Shown in pieces: positions 9,853 to 19,018 of a DNA stretch of 64,000 nucleotides (position 1 is its first letter; every line of letters starts with the position of its first letter). Source of the DNA: Parcubacteria group bacterium Gr01-1014_3 (GTDB taxonomy: Bacteria > Patescibacteriota > Minisyncoccia > UBA6257 > WO2-44-18). The stretch is from positions 31,024 through 95,023 of the forward strand of contig VMGF01000003.1 of the NCBI GenBank assembly GCA_007376445.1, in the 5' to 3' direction. The notes below the pieces were generated by a model. That model saw only the letters and a program-made list of their open reading frames with translations, searched no databases and had not been told where the DNA came from. The translations under genes and the position numbers were made by a program.

Positions 9853-9927
9853 GGAGCCACCTCCCGGAATCGAACCGGGGACCTTTGCTTTACGAAAGCA
9901 CTGCTCTACCAGCTGAGCTAAGGTGGC
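9852..9927 (-). tRNA. tRNA-Thr(CGT), copy 1
   Basis: GCCACCT/AGGTGGC acceptor, loop TTCGTAA, encoded CCA whose last A is the A of the downstream ATG. Confidence 0.93.
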
Positions 9928-10053
9928 TTTGACGTTATATTATAACATTTCCCGAGTTTTTCCAAAGAAAATAAGAGCAGGTGACGAGAATCGTCCGGTC
10001 ATACGACCGGACAGCCCAGTCGGATGACTGGGCGAACTCACGTCTCTACTTTA

Positions 10054-10180
10054 CCCCGCACCTTTTCTCGATTAGAGCCAGAGAGAGGAGTCGAACCTCC
10101 AACCCCTCCCTTACGAAGGGATTGCTCTGCCATTGAGCTACTCTGGCAAATTTTATACGTGATCGAGAAAAGGTGCGGGG
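10054..10180. mobile_element. Miniature inverted-repeat element carrying a tRNA
   Basis: 19-bp perfect IR ccccgcaccttttctcgat (10054-10072/10162-10180); TTTA duplicated at 10050-10053 and 10181-10184. Confidence 0.8.
10076..10147 (-). tRNA. tRNA-Thr(CGT), nested copy
   Basis: GCCAGAG/CTCTGGC acceptor, GCTC/GAGC D stem, ATCCC-TTCGTAA-GGGAG, GGAGG-TTCGACT-CCTCT. Confidence 0.9.
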
Positions 10181-10284
10181 TTTACGAAAGTAGTGTTCTA
10201 CCACTGAACTATATCGGCGTCTCTCTTTATTTAAATACTAGGTCATATTATAACATTTTGCGGATTTTTTCAAAGAAAATAATG

Positions 10285-10356
10285 AGCGGATAACGGGAGT
10301 CGAACCCGTGTCTGATCCTTGGGAAGGATCCATAATAGCCGTTATACGATACCCGC
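10285..10356 (-). tRNA. tRNA-Gly(CCC)
   Basis: GCGGGTA/TATCCGC acceptor, GATCC-TTCCCAA-GGATC. Confidence 0.93.
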
Positions 10357-10359
10357 TTC

Positions 10360-10938
10360 TTAATACTCGCTATTCACCACTACTTCTTTACCATTCCAAG
10401 ATAAACTTGGCAATAAAATCATCACGCGGGCTAAGGCGCGGGCATCGGTTAGCCAGACTGCCAATTCTTTTTTCTGAAGAGTTAGCCGCCCCTCCAGCAC
10501 TTCCCTCTCCGCTTGAGGCACCAAAACCATCTTCCGAAACTCCGACAAACTCACTCCATAAAGACTCTCTACTGATTCGGCCAACTCAGGACTTTGCAGA
10601 TTCGGAGCGCTTAATTTATTTTCCACCAACTGCGCGAGATCGTTGCCCACGATCGTCTTGAGTCCGCCGTTAATTAAAATATTGTCGATCGCGCGGTTCA
10701 AAAGCTGGCGATGAAGCTCCCGCTTAAAGCCCTCGCTTTTTACATCAGTCCCCTGCGCTCCAAGAATATTTCCATAATATTGATAAGCCGCCACAAAGTC
10801 GTTATTCATTGATCTCGCCAGGATCATCTTCGCGTTCACGAACGCCACCGGATAATAACCAAAATGAACAAGGTAGTATCCGCCAAGGCCTAAAAACAAA
10901 ATTGAAAGTAGAATTATAAAGTAGTGGTTAGTTTTCAT
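10360..10938 (-). CDS. SurA N-terminal-domain-like membrane-anchored chaperone
   Basis: TM anchor, PVAFVN, LLNRAIDNIL, helical body. Confidence 0.7.
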   Translation of the reverse strand: MKTNHYFIILLSILFLGLGGYYLVHFGYYPVAFVNAKMILARSMNNDFVAAYQYYGNILGAQGTDVKSEGFKRELHRQLLNRAIDNILINGGLKTIVGNDLAQLVENKLSAPNLQSPELAESVESLYGVSLSEFRKMVLVPQAEREVLEGRLTLQKKELAVWLTDARALARVMILLPSLSWNGKEVVVNSEY

Positions 10939-10977
10939 TCCTTATTGTTATTGTCATAGTCATTTTGTCATCGTAAA

Positions 10978-11235
10978 TTACTGTATTTTTATTAACTTCT
11001 CCCCCGGCCGCTTATAGTCAAACTTGGCTTTTAATTCTTTGGCTAAATTCTCCGACTCGGCAAAATAATGAATATCCGATTCCAGAGTGGTGTTTTCATC
11101 ATCCAAAACCTGTATCTCATTGCCGAGCAAGTTCGCTTTGGCATCCAGCTCATTGTTATGGCCGTACAAGCGAACCAACTGGAGCGACAAGAACCCCACA
11201 AAGAGTATCGCCGCCGCCCAGATGAATAGCCGCAT
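10978..11235 (-). CDS. Septum formation initiator (FtsB/DivIC-like)
   Basis: TM, coiled coil, C-terminal KRPGE. Confidence 0.8.
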   Translation of the reverse strand: MRLFIWAAAILFVGFLSLQLVRLYGHNNELDAKANLLGNEIQVLDDENTTLESDIHYFAESENLAKELKAKFDYKRPGEKLIKIQ

Positions 11236-11299
11236 ACGTTAAGTTTAGAGAATTTTTGGGAAATAAAAAAGAGCGCTTATTCGCGCTCTTGATATTCAT

Positions 11300-11989
11300 C
11301 TAACTAGGATCTGATTTATTCTTCTTTCGGTCACGGACGAAGCGAATCACATATAATGGCGTAAACAGCAAGAACCAAAGGAATATTCCGCTGATAAATA
11401 CGACCAACATCAGCCACCATACTGCTAGCGTAACTGGCCAGAAGAGAAGCCCTAAAGCGCTAAAACCGGAAACAACCCAGAAGCCAAGCGGAGTCATTAA
11501 CCAGTCATTACTAAAATTCTCGTAGTTATTATCTTTCTGAACATCCCGCAAATCCCAACGATGATTCCTGCCATTTACAAACCAGGCATCAGGGTTTGGC
11601 GCGTGCGCCAGGCTAGCTCTATCGTGGCCTTCTTGAACAAGCGCCTCGATCATCTCGGCATTTTTTTTATCGATATCTTTCAGTCTTTGAATTGTTGAAT
11701 CGATAAATTGCCGAGCATAATCAATCTGCTTCTGTCTTCCGCCATTCAGGTAATAAGTTAAATTACGGAAAATAAAGATCAGATTCTCGACGGATGTAAC
11801 CACTGGCAGTACGGGCAGTGAAAGCATATTCTCAAACGCTCCGCTTGAACCGGAAGTCTGTCGATATTTTCGTTTGAGATCATATCTTTGATCTGCCGAT
11901 CGAACTTCTCTCGAAATCCAATGACCAAAATAAGCCGATGTCATAAATAGATATAGGCCCGCCATCAGCACCCAAAGCCATAGGTCCAT
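11300..11989 (-). CDS. Hypothetical membrane protein
   Basis: TM segments at both ends; GAGG SD before ATG 11989. Confidence 0.7.
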   Translation of the reverse strand: MDLWLWVLMAGLYLFMTSAYFGHWISREVRSADQRYDLKRKYRQTSGSSGAFENMLSLPVLPVVTSVENLIFIFRNLTYYLNGGRQKQIDYARQFIDSTIQRLKDIDKKNAEMIEALVQEGHDRASLAHAPNPDAWFVNGRNHRWDLRDVQKDNNYENFSNDWLMTPLGFWVVSGFSALGLLFWPVTLAVWWLMLVVFISGIFLWFLLFTPLYVIRFVRDRKKNKSDPS

Positions 11990-12030
11990 TCTTTGTCCTC
12001 TCAAAAAGCTGGCCTAATTAAAGCACGAAA

Positions 12031-13851
12031 CTACTTTTTTAACAATTCCTTAAAAATGTTCGCGGGAATTTTTATTTGAGAGCCTTCACCGCGTTCTTTC
12101 AAGCGCTCCTTGCCACGTTGCTGCTTCTTCCAAAGCTTCATCTTGCGGGTGCGATCACCGCCATTTTTTCCGAAATCACCGAGATCTTTCTTGAGCGCCG
12201 GAATCGTCTCGCGCGCCACAATTTTACCGCCCACGACCGCCTGCAAGGCTTGAGTAAACTGCTGGGCTTGCAACAATGTCTTTAATTTCTCCACAGTCAT
12301 CCGGCCTTCCCGTTCGATCTCTTTTTTTGGAATAATTCTGGTTAAACCCGGGATCGCGTTGGCGGCCACGTGGATCTCCAGCTTCGCCACATTAGCCAGA
12401 GCATATCCGACCAGCTCATAACTCAAAGAGGCAAAACCATTAGAAACAGACTTCAATTTGTCGTCGAGATCACTGATCAGATCGGCGAGCGGCAGTTTCG
12501 CGGAAATTAAAATATTGTTGCCGAAATTCTTGGTTTCAATTTCGCTGAATCGGAAAATTTCCTTTAGCTGTAAGATCGCGCCAAGATATTTTGTCGGAGT
12601 TAATATTTCGATCTTTGAGATCGGCTCCTCCACCGCCTCCGCGTCGTTCGGAAAATCTTTCGGATTGGTGATCACCCTCCATTCACCCTTTTCTTTCACT
12701 CGATAAGCCACGGATGGGAAGCTGTGCACGGTTTCGATCTTAAACTCGCGCGCCAAACGCTCGGCGGTAATTTCAAAATGAAGCCGTCCTAAAAATCCGC
12801 CCTTGAATCCCCGGCCCAGAACTTCGTTCATATCCGCTTCAAATTTCAGCGAAGCGTCAGTGAGGCGTAGCTTTGATAGCGCTAGTTTCAATTCGTCATA
12901 TTGATCGGTATCTTCCGGATAAAATGACACGAAAACCACCGGCTTTGGCTCGCGATAACCAGGCAAAGCCATCTTTTTTACTTCCGCGGAAAGCGGTTGC
13001 TTCGAGGAAAGCAGCGTATCTCCGATTTTCAGCTTATCGGAATCCTTAATACCCGTGGCGATATAGCCGATCTCCCCGCTTTGAATAGATTTAGAAGGTT
13101 TTGGCTTCGGCGCGAAGTATCCTACTTCTTTTGCTTTGGCGGTGGTGTTGGTAGCGTTTAAAAAGATGTTGTCGTTTTCATTAAAGGATCCATTAAAAAC
13201 CCGGATATGAGCCAGGACGCCCTTGTGTTCGTCGTAATAAGAATCAAAAACTAAAGCGCGGGATAATCCGGCAATAGTTTGCGGTTCGCTCGGGGCCGGA
13301 ATTTTTTCCACGATTTTCTGCAAAAGAGTTTCCACGCCAATGCCCGTCTTTCCGGATACTTTCAAAATTTCTTCAGGATCCAAATTTAATAATAAACTCA
13401 AATCGTTTATGGCCGCTTCGATCTGATCCGGATCGGCCGCGTCAACTTTATTCACCGCGCCGATGATCGTCAGTCCGGACTTCCGGGCATTCTCAAAATT
13501 CGCCAAAGTCTGCGCCTGGATACCCTGCGTGGCGTCAACTAAAAGAACCGCGCCCTCCACGGCCGCGAGCGCGCGCGAAACTTCATAACCGAAATCAGAG
13601 TGCCCTGGCGTATCAATCAGATTCAGGACATAGGGTATAGCGTTTAGGGTATAGGACATTCTGACTGGAGCCATTTTGATGGTGATTCCTCTCTCCCGTT
13701 CCAACTCCAGCTGATCCAAAAACTGCGGCTTCATGAGCCGCTTTTCAATCGTGCCAGTGGATTCCAAGAGCCGGTCCGCCAAAGTGGACTTTCCATGGTC
13801 TATGTGCGCGATTATGCAGAAATTCCTGATGTGACTAGTCAACTGGTTCAT
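12031..13851 (-). CDS. lepA: Elongation factor 4
   Basis: IAHIDHGKSTLADR, DTPGH, GGDRTRKMKL. Confidence 0.97.
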   Translation of the reverse strand: MNQLTSHIRNFCIIAHIDHGKSTLADRLLESTGTIEKRLMKPQFLDQLELERERGITIKMAPVRMSYTLNAIPYVLNLIDTPGHSDFGYEVSRALAAVEGAVLLVDATQGIQAQTLANFENARKSGLTIIGAVNKVDAADPDQIEAAINDLSLLLNLDPEEILKVSGKTGIGVETLLQKIVEKIPAPSEPQTIAGLSRALVFDSYYDEHKGVLAHIRVFNGSFNENDNIFLNATNTTAKAKEVGYFAPKPKPSKSIQSGEIGYIATGIKDSDKLKIGDTLLSSKQPLSAEVKKMALPGYREPKPVVFVSFYPEDTDQYDELKLALSKLRLTDASLKFEADMNEVLGRGFKGGFLGRLHFEITAERLAREFKIETVHSFPSVAYRVKEKGEWRVITNPKDFPNDAEAVEEPISKIEILTPTKYLGAILQLKEIFRFSEIETKNFGNNILISAKLPLADLISDLDDKLKSVSNGFASLSYELVGYALANVAKLEIHVAANAIPGLTRIIPKKEIEREGRMTVEKLKTLLQAQQFTQALQAVVGGKIVARETIPALKKDLGDFGKNGGDRTRKMKLWKKQQRGKERLKERGEGSQIKIPANIFKELLKK

Positions 13852-13903
13852 AAAGACACCTTATTATATACTATATCCTTAGGGTCTAAAAGACCTATTT
13901 TAT

Positions 13904-16231
13904 ATGGAAAAAACAGGTGAAGTTGCTCTAGCCCGGACTTTAGGTTTGGGCTCTATCGTTCTCTTGGGGGTAGGCGCCCTTTTAGGCGGCGGTCTTCACG
14001 TTCTCCTCGGTCCCGCCATCGGACTTTCCGGTCCGGGTATGTTTATCGCCATGATTTTGGGCGGCTTGATCGCTCTTTTGAACCTTCAGATGTATGTGGC
14101 TCTCGGCACCACCTTCCCCGAAGCCGGAGGCGGTTATCTCTGGGTCCGAAAGGGTCTCGGCAATTTCCAGGGTTTCCTCGCTGGCTGGCTTTCTTGGTTC
14201 GCGCATCTTGCGGCCGGAGGTCTCTACGCGCTAGGTTTCGGTTTTTATGTCCATGAATTACTCACTACCTTCCGAATCGACATTGGCATCAGCCAGGATC
14301 TGCTCCAAAAAATCACCGCCATCGCCGTTATTTTAATTTTCGGATACCTAAACTGGCGGGGATCAAAAATGAGCGGCAGTACGGAAAATATCATCACCGT
14401 AATTCTTCTCGCCATCCTCGGCGCCTACGTACTTTTTGGTAGCGCGCAAATATTAAGCTTTGATCAACCTCTTCAAAACTATCTTCCGCTTTTGCCAAAT
14501 GGAATGCTGGGCATAATCATGGCGGCCGGTTTGTTTTATATCGCTTTTGAAGGTTCTGAAATTCAAGTACAGGCAGGTGAAGAAACGAAAAATCCCCAGC
14601 AAACTATCAAGCGTGGCCTCTTTATGTCCTGGGGAGTTGTTACCGCGCTATACATACTGATTGCGCTGATTATCGTAGGCGTGGAAAACTGGCAAACGGT
14701 ATCGGGCTATGGTGAAAGCGCCATCGTGGAAACCGCGGCCAAGTTCATGCCATTCGGCCGGTTCTTGCTGGTATTAAGCGGCCTGCTTGCCAACATAGCC
14801 GCCCTTAACGCTACTATCTATTCTTCCAGCCGAGTTTCCTTTGCTCTGGCTCGCGATAAGAACGTCTGGTCTCGTCTCGCTGAAATTCACTTAACCAACT
14901 TCACGCCTCATCTTTCGGTCATCGGCTCAGTACTCTTAATGATAGTGATGGTGGTCTCCCTTCCGCTGATCGACGTGGCTAGCATGGCCAGCTTGCTCTT
15001 TATTTTGTTATTTCTTCAGCTGAACATCGCCGGCATCAGCATTCATTATAAATGGCCAGATACCAAGTGGTATTATAAGATCCCATTTTTCCCGGCCACT
15101 CCTCTTATCGCCACCGCTTTTTACATTCTATTGGCCTTTACGATGCTGAGCGTCAATTTGGTCGCCTGGGCCGTCACCGCTTTTTGGGTTCTGCTGGGAT
15201 TCGTGAATTATTTCGCCTACACTGAAACTCGTAGCCGCGAAGATTTTGAAACCGGAATCGTTTATGAGGAAGCTGTCCGAATCGGCCCCAAGACCGGCAA
15301 GCGCATCCTTTTGCCGCTCGCCCCTGGTTTAGCTTGGGAAGAAATTAGAAATTTGAGCGAGGTAGCTTTCGCGCTCGCGAGTAAATTCGATGGAGAATTA
15401 ATTATCGTTCGCGTGCATGAGGTTCCGCCGGCCATGGCCCTACACCCGAACGCGGTGGGCAAAACCACGCTGGACCAGGAAAAAGAATTATTTGAAAAGC
15501 TCCAGGATCTGGTCACCGAGTACAACGTTAAAACCGGTCCGGCGAAAAAAGACATCAATTTTCACAGCCTGATCCTGATCGGCCGCGACGTGGTGGATGT
15601 GATCTTGGATGTAATTAAAATGGAAGATTGCGATCTTCTGATGATGAACTGGCAGGGCTACACGCAGGCGAAAGGCGCCATTTTAGGCCGCCGTATTGAC
15701 CGCGTCCTCCGTGAAGCCAAGTGTGACTTATTGGTTATTAAAAATCCGAAACCAATCAACTCTATCCTGCTCGCTATACATCCATCAGCCAAGAGTCCGT
15801 ATTTGGAACTCATGGGCGAGATTGCTACCGGCTTAATAGATTTCTACAAATCCAAGATCGAGCTTTTCAGCGTGATCGCGCAAAATGTGCCGGCTTATCT
15901 CAAGCCCGATCCGACCATGGCATTGAAGCGCTTACAAATGAAGCGTAAAGATTTCGCCAACATTATTTATGCCTCCGAAAAATCCGTAGTCAGCGGAATT
16001 CTCAAAGAAGCTGAGCAGAAGCAATCAGATCTGATCATCGTGGGCGCTTCGCTACCAAAGATTTTAAAAGAGATCCGTTTCGGCACGGATGCCGAGATGA
16101 TTGTAAAACTAGCCAAAACTTCAGTCATGATCGTGCGCGGACATCAGGGTCCGGCTGAGAATTTTATCCGTAATCTGCTTCATAAGTTTTCCACACCCAA
16201 GGAGCTTCCGGAAAAACCTCCGGTGGTATAA
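13904..16231 (+). CDS. APC-family permease fused to tandem USP domains
   Basis: About 12 TM helices, PEAGGGY, AFEGSE..AGEETKNP; two USP-like C-terminal domains. Confidence 0.88.
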   Translation: MEKTGEVALARTLGLGSIVLLGVGALLGGGLHVLLGPAIGLSGPGMFIAMILGGLIALLNLQMYVALGTTFPEAGGGYLWVRKGLGNFQGFLAGWLSWFAHLAAGGLYALGFGFYVHELLTTFRIDIGISQDLLQKITAIAVILIFGYLNWRGSKMSGSTENIITVILLAILGAYVLFGSAQILSFDQPLQNYLPLLPNGMLGIIMAAGLFYIAFEGSEIQVQAGEETKNPQQTIKRGLFMSWGVVTALYILIALIIVGVENWQTVSGYGESAIVETAAKFMPFGRFLLVLSGLLANIAALNATIYSSSRVSFALARDKNVWSRLAEIHLTNFTPHLSVIGSVLLMIVMVVSLPLIDVASMASLLFILLFLQLNIAGISIHYKWPDTKWYYKIPFFPATPLIATAFYILLAFTMLSVNLVAWAVTAFWVLLGFVNYFAYTETRSREDFETGIVYEEAVRIGPKTGKRILLPLAPGLAWEEIRNLSEVAFALASKFDGELIIVRVHEVPPAMALHPNAVGKTTLDQEKELFEKLQDLVTEYNVKTGPAKKDINFHSLILIGRDVVDVILDVIKMEDCDLLMMNWQGYTQAKGAILGRRIDRVLREAKCDLLVIKNPKPINSILLAIHPSAKSPYLELMGEIATGLIDFYKSKIELFSVIAQNVPAYLKPDPTMALKRLQMKRKDFANIIYASEKSVVSGILKEAEQKQSDLIIVGASLPKILKEIRFGTDAEMIVKLAKTSVMIVRGHQGPAENFIRNLLHKFSTPKELPEKPPVV

Positions 16232-16236
16232 TAAGA

Positions 16237-16388
16237 GTAATCCCACCTTTAGATTCCAGATCAAATAATTGATCACGGGAGGTCGAATCGCTCCAGCCCT
16301 TGGGCTGACGGCTGAGACCACCCACCTAGCTTTCGCTGGGTCGTCTAAGGCGGGGTTACAAAGCTCCCTCTTTATCGAGGGATTTTTG
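16237..16388 (+). ncRNA. Structured ncRNA candidate (6S-like rod) with own promoter and terminator
   Basis: TGnTATAAT 16224-16232; closing helix gtaatccc/ggggttac; internal stems; terminator 16365-16387. Confidence 0.6.
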
Positions 16389-16391
16389 TTT

Positions 16392-16459
16392 CCAGGCAGT
16401 AGAAGTTCGCCAAGGCCATTAGGGCCTCTGGGCTCATCGGGCGAACTTTCACTGCCTGG
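16392..16459. repeat. Dispersed hairpin element, family B copy 1
   Basis: ccaggcagtagaagttcg...cgaactttcactgcctgg; second copy 40489-40554. Confidence 0.8.
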
Positions 16460-16515
16460 TTTACAAGGTCATTATTTTTCTATAAGATTGCGGCGTACCT
16501 TGAAAAGGAGAAAAT

Positions 16516-17163
16516 ATGAACCCCCATGTAAACCGAATCGCATTCGTGGACATAGAAACCACCGATATCAAATACTTTAAGTTATTGAATCCTGCCAGAG
16601 AAGACCTCACGCCGTGGGCGGAGATTTGTGAGATTGGAATTGTCGTAGCCACCCCCGACCTCCAAATTATCGAAGAATTTGAAGCCAAGACAACTCTCCG
16701 GTTCCCAGCTCGGCTCGATCCGCGAGCGCAAGCAGTTAATGGGTATGACGAAAAAGACTGGGAACATTCGCGTGATATCGCCGATGCCTTGCAGGCTTAC
16801 GGCCGGCTAATGGAAAGCGCTGGTGGCTGCCTGTTCGCTTCGCAAAATCCAACCTTTGACCGCACGATCTTAGAGATCGCCTGCATTCAGCATATGGTCA
16901 AAGTTAAGATCGATTATCATTCACTCGATGTCTGGACTCATTCATTCGCCACTCTGAGTGCGAAAGGATACAAGCTGGAAAATTACGGCCTAAATTCCGT
17001 GGCCAAGTTCCTGGGTATGAACGAAGAGCCACTGCCGCATCGAGGACTGACCGGCGCCAGATATGCCTGGGAAGTTACTAAGCGAGTCCGCGAGTTGCCG
17101 ATGAAAGCTGCTGGTATTGTTGGTTCGCCGATTGGTTGCCTGGGGACGCCGACCAATGAGTAA
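16516..17163 (+). CDS. DEDDh 3'-5' exonuclease
   Basis: FVDIETT, QNPTFD, PHRG (ExoIII Asp appears replaced by Gly). Confidence 0.85.
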   Translation: MNPHVNRIAFVDIETTDIKYFKLLNPAREDLTPWAEICEIGIVVATPDLQIIEEFEAKTTLRFPARLDPRAQAVNGYDEKDWEHSRDIADALQAYGRLMESAGGCLFASQNPTFDRTILEIACIQHMVKVKIDYHSLDVWTHSFATLSAKGYKLENYGLNSVAKFLGMNEEPLPHRGLTGARYAWEVTKRVRELPMKAAGIVGSPIGCLGTPTNE

Positions 17164-17641
17164 GAAAAAAAGGCGCGAAAAGATCGATCCTGATGTCGCG
17201 AACGCGGCCGATATGAATATGGCCCAGCTGATTCTGCGCAGAAAAGCAGAGGAAAAAGAACTGAGCGAATGTGTTTTCTGCCAAGTTGTCCGCGACAGGA
17301 AAAGAATGATCATCGATTTTAAACATCTTTTTTTGATGAAAGACGCCTTTCCGGTGGTTCAAGATCACTTGCTTATCGTTAGCAAGGAACATCTGCCCGG
17401 CTGCCTGGATCTTCCCGAAACTGCCTGGCTGGAAATCCCGGAGCTGATCAAAGCCGGACTCGGCATGACTAAGCACTACGATCCATCGATTACCGGTTTT
17501 AACCTTGGGCATAACAGCGGCCCGGACGCCGGACAAACTGTCCCACACTGCCACTTTCACCTGTTCCCCCGCCGCAAAGGAGATGTAAAAAATCCCCGCG
17601 GCGGAATCAGAAACTTTAAAACTCCAATTGTTCCTTATTAA
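17156..17641 (+). CDS. HIT family hydrolase
   Basis: CVFC, AGQTVPHCHFHLFPR; ATG overlaps exonuclease end. Confidence 0.9.
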   Translation: MSKKKRREKIDPDVANAADMNMAQLILRRKAEEKELSECVFCQVVRDRKRMIIDFKHLFLMKDAFPVVQDHLLIVSKEHLPGCLDLPETAWLEIPELIKAGLGMTKHYDPSITGFNLGHNSGPDAGQTVPHCHFHLFPRRKGDVKNPRGGIRNFKTPIVPY

Positions 17642-17689
17642 CCAAAACCCGGTCATCGACCGGGTTTTTTTATATAAAAAAACCGGCTT

Positions 17690-18370
17690 TTAAGCCGGTT
17701 TGGATTCGCTTCGATCGATCCTCCAGTAATCGTTAGCGATCGTGTTCTGATAGAAGTCGATAATGACTTTCATGGGTTTGTCGGCTAGATTCTTGAGCGT
17801 GTCAGTCATTTCTTTATCGAGACTGCGTCCGCTGACGCGATACAGAAGACGATCTCCTGCCGCTAGGTTAAGGAGCTTAAAGTTCTTATAGTCATTTTCT
17901 GATGTTTGGCATATCGCGCAAGCTCGGTAGCTTGGATAAGCGTCATCATAATCATTGGACGATGATCCTTCGTACGCGGAATATCCTACCAAGAAGCGGT
18001 GAGGGCAGTACTCCTCCTGGAATACTTTCTGGCATTCATCATATCGCGATGCGGCGTCCTCGGCCTCTTTCACCGTGATATCTTTTCTCTCCATATCGGC
18101 GGCGAATTTCAGCAGCTCGCTTCTCTTTGCCGTGAACTCTGGCGAAAAATCCAGGAACAGTAGCAGATTCGCCTCAATCCGCGATTGCTGATTTTGGCTA
18201 TCATTCACCTTATCGTGAAAAAGCTTCAGTCTGCTTTTCAAATCCACGATCGCGGCCTCGACAGAGCGAACAACCCGAGAATCCCGGCGAATCTTACTCT
18301 TAGTTGTCCTTAAGGCCATCTTCAAAGTTTTTCGCTGATTAGCGCTGTGCCGCCCAGGCATACTTTTCAT
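17690..18370 (-). CDS. Hypothetical protein (coiled coil plus CPH..CxxC)
   Basis: AAGGAGG before ATG 18370; promoter TTGACC-17-TATTCT. Confidence 0.7.
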   Translation of the reverse strand: MKSMPGRHSANQRKTLKMALRTTKSKIRRDSRVVRSVEAAIVDLKSRLKLFHDKVNDSQNQQSRIEANLLLFLDFSPEFTAKRSELLKFAADMERKDITVKEAEDAASRYDECQKVFQEEYCPHRFLVGYSAYEGSSSNDYDDAYPSYRACAICQTSENDYKNFKLLNLAAGDRLLYRVSGRSLDKEMTDTLKNLADKPMKVIIDFYQNTIANDYWRIDRSESKPA

Positions 18371-18397
18371 CCGATCCTCCTTCAAAATACTTCGCAT

Positions 18398-18441
18398 AGA
18401 ATACCATAACCAAAACCCCCGGTCAATTGACCGGGGGTTTT
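18398..18441 (-). promoter_or_regulatory. Terminator hairpin containing the -35 box of the next promoter
   Basis: aaaacccccggtcaattgaccgggggtttt; TTGACC-17 bp-TATTCT. Confidence 0.7.
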
Positions 18442-18461
18442 AATAAAACATTAAATTCAAA

Positions 18462-18974
18462 CTACTCTAAAATACCATCAAGGTTTACGTCGTATAGAAT
18501 CGCCTCTGAAACAAGGCGGTAACGCGCGAGATCGTCTGATTTGAACCAAAGATTGATCTCCGCCTTAGCCTCCTCGGCGTTGCCGGAAGCATGAACGATG
18601 TTCCGCACAGCTCGGTTATCGGCGTCAGCGAGTTGATAAGAGTCCACGGTATAGTCGCCACGAATCGTGCCAACGTCCGAAGAGAGTGGCTCGGTGCCGC
18701 CAATCAGCTTTCGAACTATGCCGATCGCGTGGGCGCCCTCCCAAGCCATTGCCACTACCGGCCCGCTGGTCATGAGCCTTTTAAGATGTCCGAGCACTGG
18801 GTCTTTCATTTTGGCGTAATGCTGACCGATCGTTTCCGCGTTCGGCGTGACTAATTTTATGCCAACTAGCTTTAAGCCAACCCTCTCCAGGCGACCAATC
18901 ACCGCTCCGATAAGACCACGCTGAACACCATCGGGTTTTATTAATACTAAGGTTTGTTCTTGTTTAAGCTTCAT
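18462..18974 (-). CDS. ndk: Nucleoside diphosphate kinase
   Basis: IKPDGVQRGL, GTIRGD, NIVHAS. Confidence 0.95.
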   Translation of the reverse strand: MKLKQEQTLVLIKPDGVQRGLIGAVIGRLERVGLKLVGIKLVTPNAETIGQHYAKMKDPVLGHLKRLMTSGPVVAMAWEGAHAIGIVRKLIGGTEPLSSDVGTIRGDYTVDSYQLADADNRAVRNIVHASGNAEEAKAEINLWFKSDDLARYRLVSEAILYDVNLDGILE

Positions 18975-19018
18975 AGGGTTACGAATAACGAATTTATACT
19001 AATTAACGAATAATCGAA

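Larger units (their letters stand above)
9976..10218 (-). pseudogene. Interrupted chimeric tRNA: Thr(CGT) 5' part plus Gly-like 3' end, with insertions in the anticodon and T loops
   Basis: GCCGATA-TA-GTTC..GAAC-A-CTACT-TTCGTAA[131 nt]AGTAG-AGAC-GTGAG-TTCG[41 nt]ATT-CTCGT-CACCTGC-T; 3 acceptor mismatches. Confidence 0.8.

Noticed and set aside
10050-10184. Insert as group I/II or archaeal bulge-helix-bulge intron
   Set aside because: Too short, no ribozyme core, one-sided 5-nt bulge only; the target duplication favours DNA insertion.
16269-16580. 103-aa ORF over the ncRNA candidate
   Set aside because: TTG start, crosses a terminator and a repeat element, no protein-like features.
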